The notes beneath the pieces are model-generated. The model did not search any database. It was given only the letters and a program-made list of their open reading frames with translations, and was not told where the DNA came from. A stretch of 64,000 bases of DNA from the NCBI GenBank assembly GCA_965277715.1, contig OZ255836.1, positions 3,712,001 through 3,776,000 of the forward strand, written 5' to 3'. This document shows, one piece after another, positions 60,129 through 64,000 of this stretch. Position numbers and translations under genes: made by a program. Positions within the stretch are counted from its first letter, which is position 1. Every line of letters starts with the position of its first letter. The stretch is from Gammaproteobacteria bacterium. GTDB taxonomy: Bacteria > Pseudomonadota > Gammaproteobacteria > JBCCGL01.

Positions 60129-60402
60129 CAGACCGTATTGATCGAATGTAATTTAACTATGCTTTGGTCTGGTTCACTGGATTAAGCGACAAGTACAAAT
60201 GGCTTACTGGCGGCAGTGGCGCAAGCCACTTACGATCTTGGTAGGTATGGAGTTAGGCGGGCTATACTATCAAATCCCGGCTTTCACCCTGTTTCATAAT
60301 GTCGTACACCAGACTAAAAAATGCCGATATATTCTGTGGGTCTTTTGGCCGTGGATATGGTCTGAATGGAGCAGTGAACCTGAGTTTTTTTAAAGAAACG
60401 GT

Positions 60403-60432
60403 TTGTCAGGCAATGACTCAATGCCCTATACT
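60403..60432 (+). promoter_or_regulatory. Sigma70-like promoter for the DUF3800-associated RNA
   Basis: TTGTCA-18 bp-TATACT. Confidence 0.55.
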
Positions 60433-60437
60433 ACGAG

Positions 60438-60505
60438 CAAGTGGATTGGGAGTACCCGATCGGCGTCTAGGCTCTGATGTAACCATCGGAGCCTTTCGCT
60501 TTTCT
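60438..60505 (+). ncRNA. Putative DUF3800-associated structured RNA
   Basis: Stem GATTGGG-AGTA-CCCGATC and stem AGGCTCTGATG-TAAC-CATCGGAGCCT, each with a U-G pair only on the plus strand, then a U-rich tail. Confidence 0.6.
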
Positions 60506-60530
60506 GGGGTTTGTATTGATTGTATCGAGA

Positions 60531-61292
60531 TCAAGGGAAGCATTTCAGTCCATATCCATCGTAACTACTCGCTGAATTCTCACTGCCGTTTTTACGGTAA
60601 AGTTTCCTCTCCAGAATTTCAAATGCTCTATTCTTTTGTTCAGGCCGAATGACGTGTAAACCAATGGGTCTGGCCACCAAATCCGCCAACTGTAAACCGC
60701 AAGAATTGGTTTTCTTATCAGCGAAAATCAATTCAAAAAACCAGCGTTGATTTCGGCGGTTATGATCGTCACAAACATGGCGAAATTCCAGTTCCAGCTC
60801 GTCGTCTTCTTTTTTACCACGGTTCTCTACCACAATATGAGTCAGTAAGCGGTGCTGGTTTTTTTCCTGTAGTAAAGAATACAAATTCTCCAGGCAAAAT
60901 TGAAGCGCAATGTGGTAGGGGTTTTGAGGGCTTTGGTATGTACCCGCCAAACGCCGCTTATCAATCGCCACACTGATAATGGCAAAGTTATGCCGCTCTA
61001 TAATATTGCCTAGTTCCTCCATAAAGGCTTTCTTGATCTCGCGGTTAAGAAAATTGAAACCGTTTTTCTCTTTGCGAATATCGTGCTCGTGCAGCACCAA
61101 CATATCGTGACCAAAATGGCGAAATTTGAATTGTGTTAAAGCTGTGCTGATAGACTCGGCATAGTGTTGTTTATGAAAAACACAAAAGGCCAGCACAAAT
61201 ACCGGGTATTCCAGATTAATACTCGACAGACTATGGTCGCCGCTCTCGTCAACATAGACAATGTAGTTACTCCATTGATGGTCAGTGCTCAT
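60531..61292 (-). CDS. DUF3800 family protein (RNase H-like acidic motifs)
   Basis: VYVDESGD, YPVFVLAFCVF, LHEHDIRK, ENRGKKED and GLQLADLVARPIG. Confidence 0.9.
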   Translation of the reverse strand: MSTDHQWSNYIVYVDESGDHSLSSINLEYPVFVLAFCVFHKQHYAESISTALTQFKFRHFGHDMLVLHEHDIRKEKNGFNFLNREIKKAFMEELGNIIERHNFAIISVAIDKRRLAGTYQSPQNPYHIALQFCLENLYSLLQEKNQHRLLTHIVVENRGKKEDDELELEFRHVCDDHNRRNQRWFFELIFADKKTNSCGLQLADLVARPIGLHVIRPEQKNRAFEILERKLYRKNGSENSASSYDGYGLKCFP

Positions 61293-61477
61293 ACAGCCAT
61301 TTTCTTATAGTTTCTAACATCGATTTTGCCGGTGACCGCACTGATTAGGGCAGTTTGGTGTTAATGGTTTACGTAATTGGATCAAACATTACTATCCTGA
61401 GTGAAGTACCTATCCCTGTGCAAACCCTCATGTAGGGTGTTGTTGGGGTAGGAAGCTAGATATCACCAGTTACTCGA

Positions 61478-62020
61478 TTAGGTCATTATTAATTTAGGTG
61501 TATCTTTTTGATCTTCTGGAACACTATGCGGATACGTTTTCTCAATTGAGGTTCCCAATATTTCATGCACAGCCTTTTGCACATTCTCAATAGCTTGAGG
61601 TGCCACAGCTAGACCTCCTAAGATTGTCGATACGATCACCAAACCACCAACAATTTTTTTCCATTTAGGAGTTTTTTCGGCTAGCTCCAGTCTAATATCT
61701 TCTAGATACTCAATAACTTTGGCTCTTGTCTCTGGGCCAACATCAGGTGAGGATGAAACAATGTTCAATGTGTTTTCGATATAAAGGTTGATTGACTCAA
61801 TGTCTATATTAGCTGGTTTAAACACCTCATCATCGCTAAGTTGTTTGGCCTCATACATATCCTTAACCTCTTTCGCTAGAGGAATAAGTCGGTTTAAACC
61901 AACTAATATCTGAGATAACGATACATCAAAATCTTTGGACGTGACGCTCGACAGCGGGTAAGGTGTGGCGTCAGTAGGAAGTTGCCCGTCGTGTCGCCTG
62001 TTTACGACCAACATAGGCAT
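61478..62020 (-). CDS. Hypothetical protein with one C-terminal hydrophobic helix, possibly 5'-truncated
   Basis: AT-rich 180-aa ORF. Its first codons overlap an attC-like element. Confidence 0.55.
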   Translation of the reverse strand: MPMLVVNRRHDGQLPTDATPYPLSSVTSKDFDVSLSQILVGLNRLIPLAKEVKDMYEAKQLSDDEVFKPANIDIESINLYIENTLNIVSSSPDVGPETRAKVIEYLEDIRLELAEKTPKWKKIVGGLVIVSTILGGLAVAPQAIENVQKAVHEILGTSIEKTYPHSVPEDQKDTPKLIMT

Positions 62021-62115
62021 GGACTAATAGGAGGAAGTGCCTCCCAAGTGCCGGAGTTCATTATAATCTCAAAAACGGGAATAACACCGAGCTATTTTCG
62101 TCTACGCTGTTGGCC
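62006..62115 (-). other. attC-like recombination site
   Basis: GGCCAAC...GTTGGTC, 110 bp, with imperfect arms AACAGCGTAGACGAAAATAG and CTATTAGTCCATGCCTATGTT. Confidence 0.45.
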
Positions 62116-62389
62116 GTAAGCTGTCACCCGCTATGTTATTGATTAAAGCGTATTCCGCAACCCGCACGGGCCGTTCAATGGCAAAATGCTTTCGGTGAAG
62201 TTTAATCCGTTCTATTTCGTGCAAGGTATCCGCTGTTAAATAACTCTCTCCACATTGCGTACAGTTGACTACGGGCACATTTTCAATGACGAGAAGTTGA
62301 TCGTCCTTACCATAGCTTCGGGATGTTTTTCGAACGGTTGCACCTTCTTCCCCACAAAGATCACAAACAATCATCAATTCTTTATTCAT
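62102..62389 (-). CDS. YgiT-type zinc finger (MqsA-like antitoxin) protein
   Basis: CDLCG, LLVIENVPVVNCTQCGESY and TLHEIERIK. Confidence 0.88.
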   Translation of the reverse strand: MNKELMIVCDLCGEEGATVRKTSRSYGKDDQLLVIENVPVVNCTQCGESYLTADTLHEIERIKLHRKHFAIERPVRVAEYALINNIAGDSLRPTA

Positions 62390-62666
62390 CTTCAAATACC
62401 GTAATAATAATAGCTTTACCCGTAGGGCCAAATTTGGTTATTACTACCACTTGTCTACCATCGATAGCATTTCCCCTTACCACGTATTTCCATTCCCCGG
62501 ATTTTTTGTCCTTTTGTCTTTCTACAATATCTCCATTAAGTACTGCTCTTTCCAGGTCGAAGATCGATAAATCGTCTTCTTCCAACTCTTCAACCGCGTG
62601 TACAGAAACCACATACTGGTTATGCCGGATACAATCCAGTAGCTTCTTTAAAATACGTAGATACAC
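62382..62666 (-). CDS. DUF4258 family protein (putative toxin)
   Basis: SVHAVEELEED, AVLNGDIVERQ, KYVVRG and IIITVF. Overlaps the YgiT gene. Confidence 0.85.
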   Translation of the reverse strand: MYLRILKKLLDCIRHNQYVVSVHAVEELEEDDLSIFDLERAVLNGDIVERQKDKKSGEWKYVVRGNAIDGRQVVVITKFGPTGKAIIITVFEDE

Positions 62667-62855
62667 GTTCGTTGCTTCATTCTATACCATGAGTTTAGCA
62701 CCTGAAACATATTTACCAGACGCTTCATATTCACCCGTTACGTTCTGCGCATTATACCAACACCTTGTTCAAGTGAAAATTTTCTATCGTCGATGACCGA
62801 TAAATGGATAATCTATAGTACTCCCAGCGGTAACTAAGTTCTGCATAAATGATGT

Positions 62856-62883
62856 CGAAGAGGCTGGAAACCCAGCCTCTTCG
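62856..62883. terminator. Hairpin after the Toprim relic
   Basis: CGAAGAGGCTGG-AAAC-CCAGCCTCTTCG. Confidence 0.55.
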
Positions 62884-62886
62884 CGT

Positions 62887-63222
62887 TCAGTGAGTAGTTT
62901 CTGCAAATCCCATCTTCCCGTAAAGATTAAGCACATCATTCCAGTCCCAGCTCTTTATGTTGGCCGTCATGGCCAAAGGTGGCAACAACACCTTCACCGT
63001 TATACCGTTTTCCTCAGCGCGGGTTTTTAGCACACCCGCTGCATTCAGTCCGGCATCGTTATGATCCAAATCTGCCCAAATAGGTGTCGGCTTTAACGTA
63101 ATCCCTCGACTTCGTAAATACTGCCGAGCTGGTTGGCACTTTGTGTGATATAGCGGTAGCGTTTCGCGCCAGGTACGATTCAAACGCCGTATCAACGCCC
63201 GGTCATCTACCGGTGATGACAC
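62887..63222 (-). pseudogene. Internally deleted Toprim primase-like gene of a mobile element
   Basis: PARQYLRSRGI joined almost directly to IWADLD...AG..AA and DWNDVL. Confidence 0.7.
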
Positions 63223-63225
63223 TTT

Positions 63226-64000
63226 GAAGCGTACTGACTACCCCGGTCAGTATGCCATAGCAACCTGGTTTTGGGTTTGCGTTGCCAAATAGCCATCATT
63301 AATGCTTCATTCACCAGGCTGGCTCTCATGTGTGATTTGATCGACCAGCCCACGATTTGGCGAGAGAACAGATCAATGACCACCGCCAGGTAAAGCCATC
63401 CTTGTGATGTCCAAAGATACGTGATATCACCGACATAACAACGATCAGGCTGTCCGGTGGTAAACGTTCTATTTAGAAGGTTAGGGGCAATGGGATTGGA
63501 ATGTTTTGAGTCTGTCGTCGCTTTGAACTTGCGTTTGGTAAGGCAGCAAAGCCCTGCCTGTACCAGTAAACGCCCTATTCGGCGACGACTGATACGAAGG
63601 CCTTCATTGGCAAATAAGCGTTGTAAACGTCGCGTACCCTAAGTACCTCGTCCCTGTTCAAAAAAACGCTTAGACGCTCTGTCAGACGCTGGTTTTCCTG
63701 ACTACGTACCGTGACACCTTGTTTTAACCAGGAGTAATAACCCCTACTGGAAACGTCCATAAAGCGACAAAGAGGTCGAACACCGTAGGTTGACTGATGT
63801 TGTGGTCTCCAGGCGTACTTCACTTTGTTCTCTGGCAAAGTACGCGGCCGCTTTTTTTAATAAATCCCGTTCCTCCTTCAAACGAATAGTTTCTTTTTTC
63901 AACCGTTTGGGTTCATCATACAAGTGTTCATTGGTTCGTCCATGACCACCCGTACCGGGTCGGTTCTATTTGCTAATCCAGGTAGGCAAAGTATTCTCAT
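63226..64000 (-). mobile_element. IS3-family element, broken and truncated
   Basis: OrfA end ERDLLKKAAAYFA with an A7G slippery site. OrfB has APNLLNR, VGDITY, GWLYLAVVIDLFSRQIVGW and HTDRGSQYAS, with a frameshift, an in-frame stop and no 3' end. Confidence 0.92.

Larger units (their letters stand above)
59450..64000. mobile_element. Decayed genomic island or phage-satellite-like element
   Basis: Visibly more AT-rich. Contains a C4-type RNA, cassette-like cargo, a Toprim relic and IS3. No integrase in the window and the left boundary is approximate. Confidence 0.7.

Noticed and set aside
60299-60652. 117-aa plus-strand ORF
   Set aside because: No recognisable motifs. It overlaps the DUF3800 3' end and the predicted RNA and promoter.
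62735-62770. dif/pdif site
   Set aside because: Only a partial XerC-like arm, with no XerD arm at the right spacing.

Overview
A 64 kb stretch of bacterial chromosome, most likely from a marine gammaproteobacterium (inferred from trkA-trkH-lipid A acyltransferase, pdxJ and gcvTHP). Bases 1-59400 are mainly housekeeping and nutrient-scavenging genes: tal, a bioYMN + acyl-CoA ligase + thiolase operon, vapBC, a GMC oxidoreductase, a polyamine ABC operon, gcvTHP under a tandem glycine riboswitch, a Pgp1/Csd4-like M99 carboxypeptidase, a pabB-pabC fusion, pdxJ, trkAH and dppABCDF. This part also carries single accessory genes (a KAP NTPase with an Ala repeat, a coiled-coil PD-(D/E)XK protein), several families of intergenic palindromic repeats and small deletion relics (ISL3, a mini-IS3, a fused potA/potD relic, a multicopper oxidase tail). 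From about 59450 to the end is a more AT-rich, decayed island. It holds a C4/CI-type antisense RNA locus, a DUF3800 gene with a convergent two-hairpin small RNA behind a sigma70-like promoter, a DUF4258/YgiT pair, attC-like boundaries between these co-oriented genes, a deleted Toprim primase relic and a broken IS3. The best candidate for an undescribed system is the DUF3800 + small RNA module in a cassette-like array. No CRISPR array, rRNA or intact tRNA was seen. All family calls come from motif recognition by eye; no database search was run.
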